A stretch of 57,012 bases of DNA, filler included, from Sphacelaria rigidula (GCA_964200075.2; 8 parts of 8 records of this genome joined end to end with filler, not necessarily neighbours in it); one strand, 5' to 3'. Shown: positions 35,758 through 50,043, numbered from the whole stretch's first letter. The notes: generated by a model not told the origin, from the sequence alone. Numbers and translations are program-made.

Positions 35758-37524
35758 CTATTCCGAACAAGAACGGATGCATTTCATTGAGGTCCTATAC
35801 TAATCGCTCCATGCAAATTCCAGAAAAAATGTTGGTGACACTATGTCATCGTATTTTCGTACGTCATACCAAACCCAAAGCGAGCGCCCCCCCTCAGCTT
35901 TTGAGAACCGTCTTGATTCCATGAATTGATATTCAAATATCAGTTCTTGTCGTGCTTGTACTATGTGTGAGCATCAAATAGCTACATGCAGTCAGTACAG
36001 CAGGGAAATCGTCCGGGCTTCTTCGGTGTATTGCCGACTACACTGCTTGAAAGCTAATCTCAGGCAAAATCCTTCTGATCAGCGCTTGACGGCGTGGGTC
36101 ACAAATGAAAGGACAAGTGGCTTTTAATATAACACCGTTACTCCTGGCGAAACCATACCTCCCCTCAGTTTGCAATGGCCTCGGCAGATTCGAGTTTCGA
36201 AATAAACAGACACACACACCCCTTCGCACACGACCGATCGTGCATCAGATGAGCTCGTAAATTACGGTATGCCAGCCCCCATATGGGTCACGCCAGTAGT
36301 AGCTAAGTCACCGCCAGAGGTATCTTATTGCACTCCGTATGCCTAGAAGGTCTTCATGAGTCTTTGATCTCTCATACATCCCCCCAACTGGGATGTGGCA
36401 GACGCTTGTCCTTGGGCCAAACGTTGGGCAATATCAACCGATGATAATAATGACACCCTCTAACATACGGTTGGATCTCGGTGGAACCGGCCTTGCTCGC
36501 ATGCCTCTGTGTGAGAACAGTAGTGGTGACGGGAACTTCGCCTTGCTTTTCGACGGCGTGTTCTGCAGCGCACAGAGGCACTTCTTGTCCAAGCAGAGAG
36601 ACAGAGAAGACACGATCTTCGCCTCGGTCAGCGCCACAGACAAGAGACGATCATATCAGTCAAGATGCGGCAACCCTGGGCACCCGGATTTTGTTTGGGG
36701 GGCTATGAGCAATACATCGACTGCCGGCACATGGCGAATCGGGTAGGTGCTGATAACATTATGCTAATTTTCTCTCCAGCGAGTGGGAATTGTCGAACGA
36801 GGGCACACAAATGACGCGGGCGAGAAGCTTCCCCTCCGCCATTGCTCCTCCGGTGGTATCGTCAATGACACACGTGTACACCGCATTCATTGGGTGCACC
36901 TAGCTGCACCTGCTCAGCTGCATAGCACACGGTTTTTGCGCTAACCCTTTCATTTGCCAATGCTGTTTCGCACGAAACCTGACCTTTTGGAATGCAACTT
37001 GAACCCCATTCGAGTGTTCAACCTCATTTTTCAGGATCCGTTGTTTCGCGTTTCGGGTGGGAATGATGCCGACTCAAAAGATCGCATACCCTCGGGGTCA
37101 AAGGATTCTTGCTCGAGCTGCGTGCAGCGGGAGTTTATAGGACCCCACGGCTGTGTGGTGCGGCGACGAAGGCAGGCGTGAATTGTGGAGTTCGAGAAGG
37201 TTTAGAAGCCTTCGATAAGGTCCGCTCGGAAATGTCGACCACAGAGGTACCGACCGAAGAGCCAGCGGAGACGACCGTAACCCCAGTTATTCTGAGAGAA
37301 GGGTTGCGGCCTCCCACTTACGGGAATTTGTATTCTGAGTGTGCTTCTCGTTCGTTAAACACGAAATGTGTGGAATACAAAAAGCGGGTGGAGCATGCGA
37401 ATGCGGGGGGTGCGGTAAGGCATTATCAGGTGGTATCCATGGCGCAACTCGTGCCTACCCCCCTCCAACGCGTTTTGCGACAAGACTCCACCAGAAGAAC
37501 ACAATAACGCCGCCGCAATTGGCT

Positions 37525-37766
37525 TCAAGTTCATCGCGCGTTCACTCGCGCTCGAAGAACACTGATCATGCAACCGCGCGCACCCTACCTGCTCCGCCTC
37601 AGTCACGCCGCCGTCATTTACACAATGATAATACTGTACATGCTGACGACATCCAGAATATATTTTCGGACATCTCACCGGCTCTCGAATCCTCAGTTGA
37701 AGGATCCAGCCGTAATTCATCGCATAACCGACGACCCCGCAATGATCGCGACCCCCCGTCCCGCTC
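37525..37766 (+). repeat. 242-bp direct repeat, second copy at 38845-39086
   Basis: Near-identical (about 9 substitutions), offset 1,320 bp. Confidence 0.95.
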
Positions 37767-38249
37767 GGATGTCAAGAAGCATGCAGGGCATGCGGCGGGC
37801 GCTGAGGTATAGCTAACCCAGGCGTCCGCGGCCGTGGCGAAGGCTGTCGCCATGAACCACAAGGGGAAGACCATGCGTGAGAGGGTGGAGCCAATCATGG
37901 GAAAGTTGTAGACATATTTTTCCGAAAATCCCAACGTCGAGATGTTTTATCGTTCCTCCGATGGGAAATTCCGTCGAGGGCTCGCTGCGGTGATCACAAA
38001 AGCGATGGCGGAGGGTATGGCACCGGCGAAATTCATACAGGCCGTGCTTATGCAATTACAGCACGAAACCAATTGGAAGTCAGACCCGTACTTAGTTATG
38101 GATACCGTGGTGGCTGAGGCTCAGGCATGGCGGAAGATTGAAGTATTCGGGAAATCATCCACTTCTTCGCCGCAGTCTTCGAGCTTGTGTAACCGCGGAT
38201 CAAAATCCACAGGCAGTAACGCCGCCAACATCACTTGCTTTCAGTGTGG

Positions 38250-40885
38250 GCCCCAATCGCAGGACTCTCGCCAGTCCAATGCGCTCTGCTGCGCAGTCCA
38301 ATGTTGGACCAGCAGTCGCGGCTATGCATTCTGCCCTGCAGAATTTGCGTCGCCCTTGATCGGCGTCGGCGCACACGCCAGTCTCAGCTCTAATCGAGGC
38401 ATTTACGGCCTTTTGCCAGGCCACGCTCCAAAACCAATCGGCGTCTGCTCACGTGCAGCTCACCGATGACTCTGCACCTGCCACTCCCTAACCCACACGT
38501 TGGGCGCCCCGATCGGCGACACCGCGTTCTCCGTTCGTTTCCCATGAAAAATCTAAGGAACACGAGTCCAGCCCCTCCTCCACTTCAAACCAAAGTCCTG
38601 GTCGCGCTCCTGAACAGCGCCGCACACCGACAGTTGGTCACGACCACGTAACCCGTGCTGGCAGTTCCAAGGACAACTCCCAGCACAGCTTGAATTGATC
38701 GCGCGTTTCCACACGCCCGACGATATCGCTTATGGCCGCACATATGAAGGTAGTACACGCAACAGTTCCAATTCACCGCGCGCTCCGAAGCGCCCGATGA
38801 ATGCCGACCGTGACCGTACTCACGAGGATAATTCGCGGCACAGATCAAGTTCATCGCGCGTTCACTCGCGCTCGAAGAACACTGATCATGCAACCGCGCG
38901 CACCCCTCTCGCTCCGCCTCAGTCACGCCGCCGTCATTTACACAATGATAATACTGTACATGCTGACGACATCCAGCATATATTTTCGGACATCTCACCG
39001 GCTCTCGAATCCTCAGTTGAAGGACCCAGCCGTAATTCATCGCACAACCGACGACCCAGCAGTGATCGCGACCCCCCGTCCCGCTCTGATGCTGCGACTA
39101 TTCGCTCCCTCCAACAACGACTGAAAGGTCTCGAGCGAGAACTGACCAAGTCCAGAATGAAGAACAAGGGAGTTACCACCGCCGCTACCGCCAAGACCGC
39201 TAGGGAAAATACAGGAGTTGCGCCACTGCTGCTGCTGTCACCACTGCCGCTGCCGCTGCCGCCCCTGCTGCCATGACCGCTGCGCCTCCCGTCACGACGA
39301 CTACAGTCACGGCTCTCACGACCGTTACCGCCCCATCTGCCGTCAATACAGACGCCGATGGTGGTTCTGTCACGGATGCCCCCGTGCTCCCGCCCCCGTC
39401 TGTGGAGGATCTCACTCCGCTCGGCGACGAGTACTGCCCAAATGATATCCTCTTGACGCTGTTCAGGAACTTCCCCCGCGCGGAGCAGTTAAGGCTCATC
39501 GAGGGTTATGCCTCGCAAGCGCCAGCACTTGCCAAGGACATCATAGAGCAACAACGGGAGGCCGACGCCGCTGCTGCACGCCTTGTGGTTGAGGAACACG
39601 CTGACATGCACAGAGATCTTCAGCGACAGGCTTCACGCGCTCAAACTACGAATTCCGCGGCCCAGAGACGAGTGAGAGACCTCGACGACCATGTCCGACG
39701 GACCGCCCACGAAGCGGTCACGTCGGTGGCCCGCCTGACCAACAATCAGGCCTCTCCTCCGTCCTCCAGCAACCCACTCAGTGGTTGCCCTTCTCGCCAG
39801 CCCACGACCGGCACGTCGACTCACGTTATTTTCACGTAAGTCCGACCAACCGCCGTATGCTGCGGCCGCTGCCGTCCCCAACACGGCCCCAACACCCCCG
39901 CTTTGTGCAGCTAGCTCGGCAGCCAATGCCGGCCCGATACCAGGCCTGCAACTCGCGCCCCACGAATGAACGTGGCTTTCTCGTTCCGCGGCCGATTGTA
40001 CCGGCCCGTTCCGGATCACCTACGCTGCTTCCGCCAAGCTTGGAACTTGGTGTCACAACGCCTGCACCACGTTACTGGTCTTTACGTGGACCAGGGGGGA
40101 TTCTTCCCCGACAACGGCGTACCGTCCCTCACCTTGGGCCGACTTGTTCTGCATATGACCATCGACGACAACTCTGGTCACCAGCATTACGTCGAAACTG
40201 TCACCGATCGTTTTGCGGCACTATGTGCCGCTTACCCCTCTGATCCCGGCGCCACAATCACCGACGATGACCAGGATGACGATAGTTGGACTCCCACGAG
40301 TGCCAACTGCAGAGGCAAGAACAAGAACCGCCGGCGGGATGACGACGATAACGATGGAGGAGGCCCACGCCGCCGCTGTGGCGGCGGGGGATCCTCCTCG
40401 GGCGCTTCCGGACCGAGCCGCCCGGTTCACAATAACCGCGACCCGACCGGGATGGAAACAGGAGGCAATTTTTCCGGATCTTCCGCGCCGAGTTGGAACC
40501 GGTCTAGCACAAACCTGCCCCCCTCGGGTTCGGTGACACCCAGGCAAGTCATACCTAAGTTGGCCGATGTTTCGGGTCGCATTTTGGGTTTATCTGATTC
40601 GGACACACTAGACCGTCCATTGTCTTCCACTGCAGCCCGCGCTTTAGCAACCGCTGCGGCCGACAAAGAACGTTCCGAAGCTATTAAAAAAGCAGCTTCC
40701 GATAGAGTTGAGTCTGCCCGAGTAGCTGCAGTACAGAGACAGTACATCCAGATCGACGTGAGAAAGCTTTCGCATATCAAACACATGCCTGCTGCGGAAA
40801 ATGAAGATTCGGGACAGTCTACTTCTGCCCTCATCACATCCATTCGCCCTACAGTTTGCAATATCCTTCACTTCGCGGATGCCAC
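38250..40885 (+). other. Unidentified coding-like segment (Thr/Pro-rich, coiled-coil, gag-like), probably from another retroelement
   Basis: GC-rich ORFs 38695-39276, 39273-39839 and 39966-~40885 with coiled-coil character (LAKDIIEQQREADAAAARLVVEE); no recognised catalytic motif. Confidence 0.4.
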
Positions 40886-42834
40886 TGGCGGCGCCCTTGC
40901 GTCTTTTCCTAGAAGAACTCATAATGGGGGCTGCAAGGCGCACGAAGCGGGTGGCCAAACACCGCGTTACCGCCTGCATCGTGGACGGAGGACAGGCTGC
41001 AGGCATGGGCGGAAGCGAAGGATCTGGTGGCTCATGCCGTGCACTGTTCCATCCCCGCCCCGGTTGCCAGGTGCTGATGTTTCCGGATGCATCCGAGTGT
41101 CATTGGGGTAGTTTTGTAACGCAGGTGCCTGATGCAGAAATGCAACAACGGTTGCCGATTGAAGACATGACGCATGGACCGCTGACTTTTCTTAGTGGTA
41201 ATTTCAAGGGTTCACAGATGCGTTGGGCAACCATTTACAAGGAAGGTTTTGCTATCGTGAGCACTTTTCGTCGTCTCGAGCATCTATTGTGGAATGGCGT
41301 ACACATTTTCACGGATCACCTCAATCTAGCCTACATTTTCAACCCGGAGGCATGGGTGACGTCTGTGTCGAAGGCGTTGGCACAATGATTGGAGGGGTGG
41401 CAAGGTGTATTAGGGCAGTATCGGTACACGATTTGTCATATTTCGGGTGAATGTAACGCGTGGGGTGACTTGCTGTCGCGCTGGGTCAATATTCCCACTA
41501 TGCCCGCGCGAGCTGTGACTGCATCTGGTCCGTGTGAAGCGGATGATTCGATGCCATCGAAATCTGTGGTCCGCCAAGCTCAACGGAAAGAACTTGGGGC
41601 CACTGATGCGGATGTGCAATCCTTCGAGTCGGATGTTGATACTGCTATTTTGGACAATGAAGGTCTGTTTCGTGTGCATGTACGTGGTCGAAACAAATTG
41701 TGGATTCCCAGCTCCGACAAACAAATGCACATACGTTCGATGATTTGTGCGCACATGCGCGATGCCGGGCATCGCGGTGTGGCTGCGACGCTCGTGCGCT
41801 TGCAAGAGTTTTGTGTTTGGCAGGGAATGGAAACTCAGGTGCGCGAGTTTGTCCGACAGTGTCTTCGCGGTGCTGATTGAGGGCGGTTGATGTTTTTCCC
41901 CGCCCGCTCGGTGAAACGGTCCACGGGACCACGCCGAATGAAGTAGTTCATTTTGACTTTTTGTACGTGGGCGAGAGTGACCCGCTAGCTCCCCAAGGTT
42001 TGTCGGAGGATGCTGGATTTCGATACATTTTGGTAACCATGGATGGTTTGAGCAACTTTGTGGCTCTGGAACCAGTAGTAGCAGTTTGTACTGCAGAATC
42101 GACCGCTGCATCTTTGCTGAATTGGTGCAAAACTTTGGGGGTGCCGCGTGTGTGGATGAGTGATACCGCCACACATTTCAAGAACACGATCCGGACCCGC
42201 TTGCGAAAGGCATTACACGTTGATCACCGGTTTGCGGTGGCATATTCTCCGTCGTCCAACGGTACGTGCGAACGCATGGTCAAGGAAGTAGTTCGTGATC
42301 TTCGATCTATTCTTCTTGAGCAGCGTCGAGAGGTGACCGAGTGGGTGGACGTGTTACCCGCTATGCAATGGGCGCTAAATACAGCATATCGCCGTCGGTA
42401 CGATAGTACGCCGTATCACGTGATGTTTGGTCGTGCACCTCGAACGACTTCCTCAGTGTTGGCGTCCTCATCGGCGGGGGAGTGGAACTGTGATGTCTTG
42501 GACGATACACAATTGAAGCGTGCTTTGCAAGGAGTTTTGGAGTTGCAGAAAGTTTCCACGTTCAAGTACAGGAGCATGTTGCCGCTGAACGTGCGCGTAG
42601 ACGTGAGGGGTCTTCGTCGGGGCTCGAAGTGCCGAATTTCGAGGTAGGCGATTATGTTTTGTATGCACGCGTGCGTCGCCCGGGAGTTACGCCTAAATTG
42701 ATGGCGACGTGGACTGGTCAGTGGAGAGTGGTTGNNNNNNNNNNNNNNNNNNNNNNNNNNNNNNNNNNNNNNNNNNNNTTAATTAATTAANNNNNNNNNN
42801 NNNNNNNNNNNNNNNNNNNNNNNNNNNNNNNNNN

Positions 42835-43310
42835 CGAAGCGCCGTGGTGTGTTCGGCAAGCCGCATGAAGGGTGAGCTGCATGCTGCTAAGATTGTTCGG
42901 CCCAGAGCCTACTGATTATCTTGCATTTGGATGACAGCCGACAATGAGTTGCTTCATTATCTGGTAATGCCACTTCCTGGGACAGCCACAGCTTCTTCAC
43001 TGCCTCACAGGTGCTTCACCATGTAAACACTACGTGGAACGATCATCCACGTTGTGCGGAGTTGAGGTTCTCCCACGCCGAGGGGGGGGAGGGGGGATGT
43101 AGTCATGATCTTGCATGTCTTTGTCATATAACCATTGACCTCGCATCCTTACAAGGCCAGGACGGAGCACGCCGGGTATTTCCGGACCAGGTTCGCAATC
43201 AATAACCACCCGCGAAACGCCGTGGTATATTCGGCGAGTTGCAAGAAGGGTAAGCTGCATCCTGCCAAGATTGTTCCGCCCGAAGCCTACTGATTATCTT
43301 GCATACGAAT
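42835..43310 (-). mobile_element. Two LINE 3'-end fragments (family B): 42835-43010 and 43082-43310, the latter with a C-rich tail
   Basis: Homologous to 3560-3879; gtgctccgtcctggccttgtaaggatgcgaggtcaatgg...gactacat followed by C6-T-C8. Confidence 0.75.
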
Positions 43311-43755
43311 GTCTAGATGATACATACATGCAACGAACTGGTGACCGCCTGGAGCAACTCCTTGGTGAGCTACTGCCCCCCCGTACCGTGGATGATTCCA
43401 CAATGCTTCTCATTATCAATGGCGACCCCGCCGAGGAAAGCTTTGTAGATGTAAAACGCACGATCGGCACTACGCTAGCCTTGCTCGCGTGCGAATACGC
43501 CCCTCAACCAATTTCAAGGCAAGCGTGGCACACCACCACTATCCGCCGAGCCCCGCCATCAGTCCCGAATATTGTCCTACCGGCAGTAATTGACCATCCA
43601 CTGATGGATCGAGATTGTCACATGTTCATGCATCCTCCAAAATTCCAGCTACGGTCACAAGATGGGCCTATCCTACACAGTCACACTAACCGTAGCCGTC
43701 GCTGAACGAAAATCTGGTGGGGAAACGAAGAGGATACGCCAGTAGTACAGCATAC

Positions 43756-46700
43756 CTGGTGCACACGCATAAGGAACACCGCGCACCGCGCGCACAACTC
43801 TATCTCCAAACCGGCCTCCAGCAGGCGCATCAAGAACTTGGCCAGCACTTCCACCTGGGAGAAGGGCAACACCAGCAGCGCTTGTTCCAACTCCGGTGTC
43901 TTGATCATCTGAATAGCAACACACACGCATCAACGCAACAGTGCAGGAGACGACAGTTCCAAGTTTCGACACTCTTGATTTTTCCAACATGTCAATTCTC
44001 GTCTTCGATTCCTTGAATTCCAGTCAAGATAGATGAACAGTACCTCTTGCAGCCAAAAGTCCCCGTTTCTTTTCCGGTACTTACGTTTGCGAGTCATCAA
44101 GTTATTGTACCAAACTTTGAATCGCTACACTTCCACAGACCGTCTACTTTCACTTGACATCATTTTCGACAATCCAAACCACGTCCTCGTATCTTCGCGC
44201 GGCGTAAAGTAGGAAAGAAACTTTTCCGACACTGCCGGCACTCGGAACACACCTACACCCCCCCCCCCCTTTCGCCAAACTAGTGAACCTCCATGTCCCA
44301 GCCTGACGTCTAGTCTCCTCGCCCAAACCACAGCCCACCCCGAACCTCTCCCCCGAAACCCTCTCGTCCCAACATCACACAGAAAATGCAGACCTGGAGT
44401 GTTCGCAGCACGTATCTCAACGGCGATAGATTCAATAAGATCGGGTTGGGCCGTCGGGCGGGCGGCGCCGGCTGCCCTTTCCTTTTGGCGCGCGCGCCCG
44501 CCTTCTCATCGGCCCTCAACAGCCCTTCCTCCTGCTCCGCCAGTTCTAGGGCGTCCATCAACCGCTCTCCGGCCTTGACGGATTCCAAGGACCGTTTTGT
44601 TGCTGGTCCTGACTCCCTCGTGGCACCCTGGGGCGTGTATTTTCATATTTCGCGTGAATAGTATGAGAAAAGCAGTGTGAGCGAAAAAATGCTGGCGTAT
44701 CAGGGGGCGTGCAGTAACTGTCCTTCAGTCCGTCATGAAAAGAGTGTCAGGATGTGTCTTGTTTCCGTGACAAAATGTGTATGCGCGCGCGTGCCTCCCT
44801 TTCGTGTTCCCATCTGTTCCAAAGTGCGCAATCTTTCTTCAAGTTAGACTCTGATCGTTCTGTGGTCCGGCCAATTTTTCCTTTTCCGCGCGTTTGTGAG
44901 CTGAAATGCGTTCCATCATCATTGAAAGAAAAAATGGGAGAGGGGAAGTGTTTGTGAGTGGATTAACAGTCAATTGCGACAGTGCGTACTACAACAGTCA
45001 CTGTCGTGTATGTCCAGTGGACGTATCTTTGAAATGCTGTGTACACGGATGCAGAGCAACAGCTCTCGCATCGTTGGTACAACAGTCGTATACATCCGTT
45101 CACCTTTTGTTTCGATCTATCTGAGCTACTTGCGACCGTACTTGTGGTTTGACCCATCCTTCGCTGTGCACTTAGCCGACAATAACATATCGCCCATGGC
45201 ACCCGGTCTGCGCAATAGTCGTAGACAGAATATCTCAAAACACTAGCGCTACCTTGGATGCCCCACTATTGGGAACACAAGGTGGCCGAGGTGGAGGAAG
45301 CACGCCATCCATAGCCCGAGTACAGCGAAGGAGCAAGTCGTGCTTCATCGATATAATCCGTGTAGTAAGTTCTCGAATGTTTTGATGCACGTGCGGCGTC
45401 CACGGAACAGGAGTCCCCGACGGTAGCCCATCCATGATACCAGTCGAGGCACTGGGAGGGTGTCCAGAGTTCGAGGCGCCGGTACTTACGCTAGTGAAGA
45501 TCATGCGCAGGATGTGCAGCAGCTGTAACAGAAAATTGAACCTGGTACGATGCAACGACGGTCGCGGGTTGGAAGGATGGGGCCAAATCCCATGTGGACG
45601 GAGACGGAATGAACTCATCCAGAGGAGGAAGGGATGAGCTCGTCCTACTTAAGGCTTGGTGGCAAGTTAGGAAGAGGTGGCACTGTGACCACAGGAGTCG
45701 AGGAGCTGGAGAGGGCGGAACAGCAAGTGCCAGCAAAAAGGATTGAAAAAGCACCGTAAAACGGCCATCAAGACCGCTTCTGTGACCCGGTTTCTGCGTC
45801 TCTGGTGGAGGCGACATGGCATGAGAAAAGCGTTAGACTTGCGAAGAGTCACGGCGCTATCGTCATGCTGTCGTCATGGTTGTAGCACCATCACTCGAGT
45901 CGGGACGGGACATTATGCGAGCAAGTGAAGATCCTTCGAAAAATTTGGGTTGGTTTCGTGGGCTTGCTAATGTCTGGTTTGGGAGCTAGGTTCGACCCAA
46001 GGTGGACATGATGAGTTCTGGGCGAACGATTCGCTCGCAAGGAAGTATCTTGAGATCGTGTTCGATATGGCTATGGGAGCTCACATATGTCTGCGTACGG
46101 AGTTTTGGATGACCACTAAACGCGCGAATTACCTCAGATGAGGAGACGAGAGGAGCAATTGGCACACGGTGATAATATATGATGAGACTTGGTCCCGTGC
46201 GCACGAGGACGAATGATCTGCCGTCCAACAAAGGCTCCAAGGACAGGTCCGGTAGGGCGTACCCGATGTTTTGGTATTATGAAAGTCGAGATCCGGTCCA
46301 TGCCCACATCATCAGCAAGCCCAGTGCTGTCATGCTCCGATTTAAAGCCTATACTTGTACTAGTCACTGTGATCGACTCAGGAAGGTGATGTATGACTTT
46401 TCAAAATACCAACAATATCGGGTATACCTCCACCCGACACGCCCTTTGAAGGCCGGAATTCATCTACCGCATGGTCAAACATTGGGCTTTACCGGAGTTT
46501 TGAGTGTTCGCATGATCATTGTTTTGATAGGCTGACGCATCCGAACATGAAGGAACTCGCAACAGTCAGAGTCAAGAGCTAGTTGATAATATCTCGGAGA
46601 CGTGTGTGTTGAGCAGTGATGCATGATGTCTCTGAAGAGTGACGTGCCATTTTTGTTTCCCCACTGCTCATTATTCTTATTTCATCTGTCGTGCTCTGAA

Positions 46701-49451
46701 CTTCTCCCCTCCCTCGGGACGAGTCCGTGGTCTCAAGGGATCAATCCATCTCTCCCCGGCACACGCCTTGCATCTTGGTCTCGCGAACTGGGTCAGCACA
46801 CTCCCGCACCGCGTCAACTCTCGTCAAACAAACTCAGTCAACTACTTCTTGTATACTCACGTCCCAATAATAACGCTTTCGACCATGGAAATCAGATACT
46901 TTGAGGTACTTCGAAGGAAAATCCGACGGATCTGGATTCGAACCCTCATTCTCTCCACTCTAATGATGACAGTCGGACTATTTTACTTCATACCACGGAG
47001 GCGCGGTGGTGCCATACCTTCACTGAAGGCTTGGTCAGAGAAAAACCCACGCTGGAGTTAGCGTGTAGTGTGAAGACTGCCACGTGAGCGGGTCCAGAGA
47101 ATTAATCCGCATGAGGATTTCGGCTACAATGTGACTTTTCAAAAAGGGTTGAACTTCGCCCAAGAGAAATCCACGCTTGACTTACGAGTATAGTGATGTA
47201 CCCGTTTGATACTGGCATTTTTGGATGGGCTTTGTTCTACATTTACCTTCGATGGAGTATAAACTGCGCTGATGTGCTGAAGTTGAAAAATATGGTCTGG
47301 CAAAACGAAGCCCGCGTTCGGGCGCGAATGTATTCAAATGTGATCCTGCAATATCACCTTCAAGGGTAGGTTTGTGTCGGGGGTAAGATCTGATTGTCCA
47401 TGTTTTCTTCCTTCATTATCTAGTGTACTGACGATGTATTGTGATGTAAACTGACAGCAGATGCAGCTGATGCAACCACAGCATATCCATTCTTTTTTCC
47501 CACCAACGTTAGTCAGGAAAAGACGTGAGAGATTAAGTTAATGCCGAGCGAGTCGCATCTGCGGGGTTGACGGGTGATATTTAGCAGGTATTGTCGATGG
47601 AACCTCAAGTACCCAGAACAAGGTGACAAAACTGCTCCAAGGGCTTCCTCCTTGACTAGGGCTCGTGGAATTCACAACAGATTTTGTTCACGAACAGTTT
47701 TCGTTACGATGAGTGAGCTTGCGTCTTTGTCCATGCACATACATCTTGTGTCAAGTAGTCGTGTACAAACATGCAGATAATATCCCATGATCTCATCTCA
47801 TGCAAGCCTGATATCTTATCCCCTGCTGCGCTGTATACCAACCGACAGCGAATTCATGCACCTGCAGTGTACTGTAGGTGGTATACTCTACAGCACCCCC
47901 AAAGCTCCGCAGCGGGCCAGAATAGGATGAGCATTGAGAGCTTGCTATGGCGGCGCTTGCCTGTGCTGTACAGCTTGCTGTGCTCCGTCCCGAAAGGATA
48001 CATGGTCAATGGCCAAACGACCAAGGCAGAATTGTGTGTACAGCTTTGGAATCTCCGCAATTTCATCTCCTCACCCATCTCAACTGTAGCATCGTGCGCG
48101 CCTGCGTTAGGGAGATACGACTTGCACCCCATAACCGCCTAGACGTATCGGACAAAGGAAGTACACGGACGGACAAGCCACGCTCTTCAAAAACAAGGAA
48201 CAACAGAAAACAACAGGTGAAACGCACACACACACACCTCGCCTTCTCCTTCCCCTTTTTCGCCATCAACAACACCAGCCGCCCCAGCTCCTGCAGTGCC
48301 ACCATCACCGCCCGCAACATCATCCCTATCCAATTCCGCTTCGAAGAGTCCCTCCAGCTCCTTCTCTCGTTCCTCCTCCAGGAACACCATCTCGTCCGTG
48401 CGCTGCCACAATCTGAGGGAGCGATCGTGCCCCCCGGAGAGGACAAACGATCCGTCCGGAGATACTTCCAACGTCCACGCCTATTTTCGTTTTCGTGTCA
48501 TGTTGAGGGGGGGGCATCAGGGTAGTGCCAGTTGGATCTTCACCTTGAGAGAGTGACAGTATTCATGCATAGTCAAGCGTCAAGCCCAAAATAAGAAAAC
48601 ATTTTCCAATCGAGTTCCGGGTGAGAACGAATCTGCGCCATGCATGTATGCTCGAACATATTTTCATCAAGGACTTCAAAAGTCGGGGGAGACCCTGACG
48701 GTTAGCATATGTACATGAAGGGACCCAAGCGAACAAAACGTGAACGTGCGTGTGAGGGGACACAGCACACGTTACCATCATCGATCCCTTGCGTGCATCC
48801 TAGCTTAGTTGTGTTTGCCGTTGCCGTTCCTGTTGCTTACCTCCGACTGGTGGCCCTTGAGGGTCAGGATCTTGTCGAAGTGATCGGCGTCCCAGTGCTT
48901 CAAACTTCGGTCCTTGGAGCACGTGAACATGTAGTGCGTCCGGGGTACAAACCGAACGCTCTGGGACAAGACAAGGAGAAGGAGAAAACCAAAAAGTTGG
49001 ACAAGGACGACGGAGACAAACGAGAGACGAGAGACGAAAATTCAGCAAACAGCATCAGGCGAAGGAAACAGACGAGTAACGGGGACAACAGGTCGACGGA
49101 TAAGATCACCGGAAGCATATCTTCGAAGAAGAGGGGAATACAGTAGTCGGATTTTGCGTCGTGCCTCAGGAGATCGTGAGACCGTTGACGAACAAGCGAG
49201 GCTGTAGAGAATATGAAAAAACAAGAAAGCACGCACCATAACACTGTCGTCGTGTGCATGCAGGCTGCGGTGACAGTCCCCGAAATCCAGGCCCCAGATC
49301 TTCACCGTCTTATCCGCCGATCCCGTGGCGAGCAGCGCGCCGTCGTCGGAAATATCCATGGACATTACGGGCAACTTGTGGCCGTACAGAGAGAGGAAGA
49401 ACTTCAGGGAATCGTCGTGGAACACCTTCACCGTGCTATCCAGGATGGCGA
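43756..49451 (-). CDS. WDR3: WD-repeat protein 3 / U3 snoRNA-associated protein UTP12 (Dip2), partial; exons 49451-49237, 48960-48841, 48480-48238, 44627-44394, 43908-43756
   Basis: Canonical, in-phase exons: [84 protein letters not shown]...|...[10 protein letters not shown]...|[20 protein letters not shown]|..[11 protein letters not shown] (Utp12 domain). Confidence 0.95.
46660..46990 (-). mobile_element. Putative tRNA-derived SINE in a WDR3 intron
   Basis: B-box gggttcgaatcc (~46934-46945, reverse); 3' segment shared with the element at 13290-13630. Boundaries approximate. Confidence 0.55.
47980..48028 (+). mobile_element. Decayed LINE family A 3' fragment without tail
   Basis: gtgctccgtcccgaaaggatacatggtcaatggccaaacgaccaaggca. 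Confidence 0.65.
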
Positions 49452-49806
49452 CTGGAAAAAACAAATAAAAAATATGGAAAATGGCGAGTGGTCACTTGTG
49501 GAACCAGGATAACTTCTATTTCAATTGCATATGCATATCTTCCTGTGTGGTGGACGGGGGGAAATGTACCGATGGGCGGGGGAAGATCAATTTATGTTTG
49601 CGACGAACCTACAACCGCGTCGGATGCTATTCTCTTCTCAGGAATGGCGGAGGCAGAGGTAGACGTCGGGGTGGGGTAGACAACGCCAACTGCACGGTAA
49701 AATGTTACCTCGTCTTCAGAACATGACTTGATGTGAACATCGATACGGGATCTTGGATGCACAACCCGAAGAGTATACACTACACTTTCTACGATAGCAC
49801 CCCCCC

Positions 49807-49853
<47 letters not shown>

Positions 49854-50001
49854 CCCCCCCCACCCACCCACACNNNNNNNNNNNNNNNNNNNNNNNNNNN
49901 NNNNNNNNNNNNNNNNNTTAATTAATTAANNNNNNNNNNNNNNNNNNNNNNNNNNNNNNNNNNNNNNNNNNNNACCAACTCTCACTTCCTCCTCTCCCCC
50001 C

Positions 50002-50043
<42 letters not shown>

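Larger units (their letters stand above)
37232..42734 (+). mobile_element. Ty3/Gypsy element (second family): gag (37232-38250) and RT-tail/RNaseH/integrase (~40885-42734); PR and most of RT replaced by unrelated sequence
   Basis: Gag ends in a truncated knuckle ITCFQCG. RNaseH: LMFPDASECHWG, YKEGFAIV, IFTDHLNL, NAWGDLLSR. Integrase: HMRDAGHRG...VRQCLR, VVHFDFL, WMSDTATHF, NGTCERMV, PKLMATWTG. Stops and frameshifts present. Confidence 0.9.

Noticed and set aside
37155-37175. Possible primer-binding site (tggtgcggcg) of the second Gypsy
   Set aside because: Not preceded by a CA LTR end and no tRNA match I can verify.
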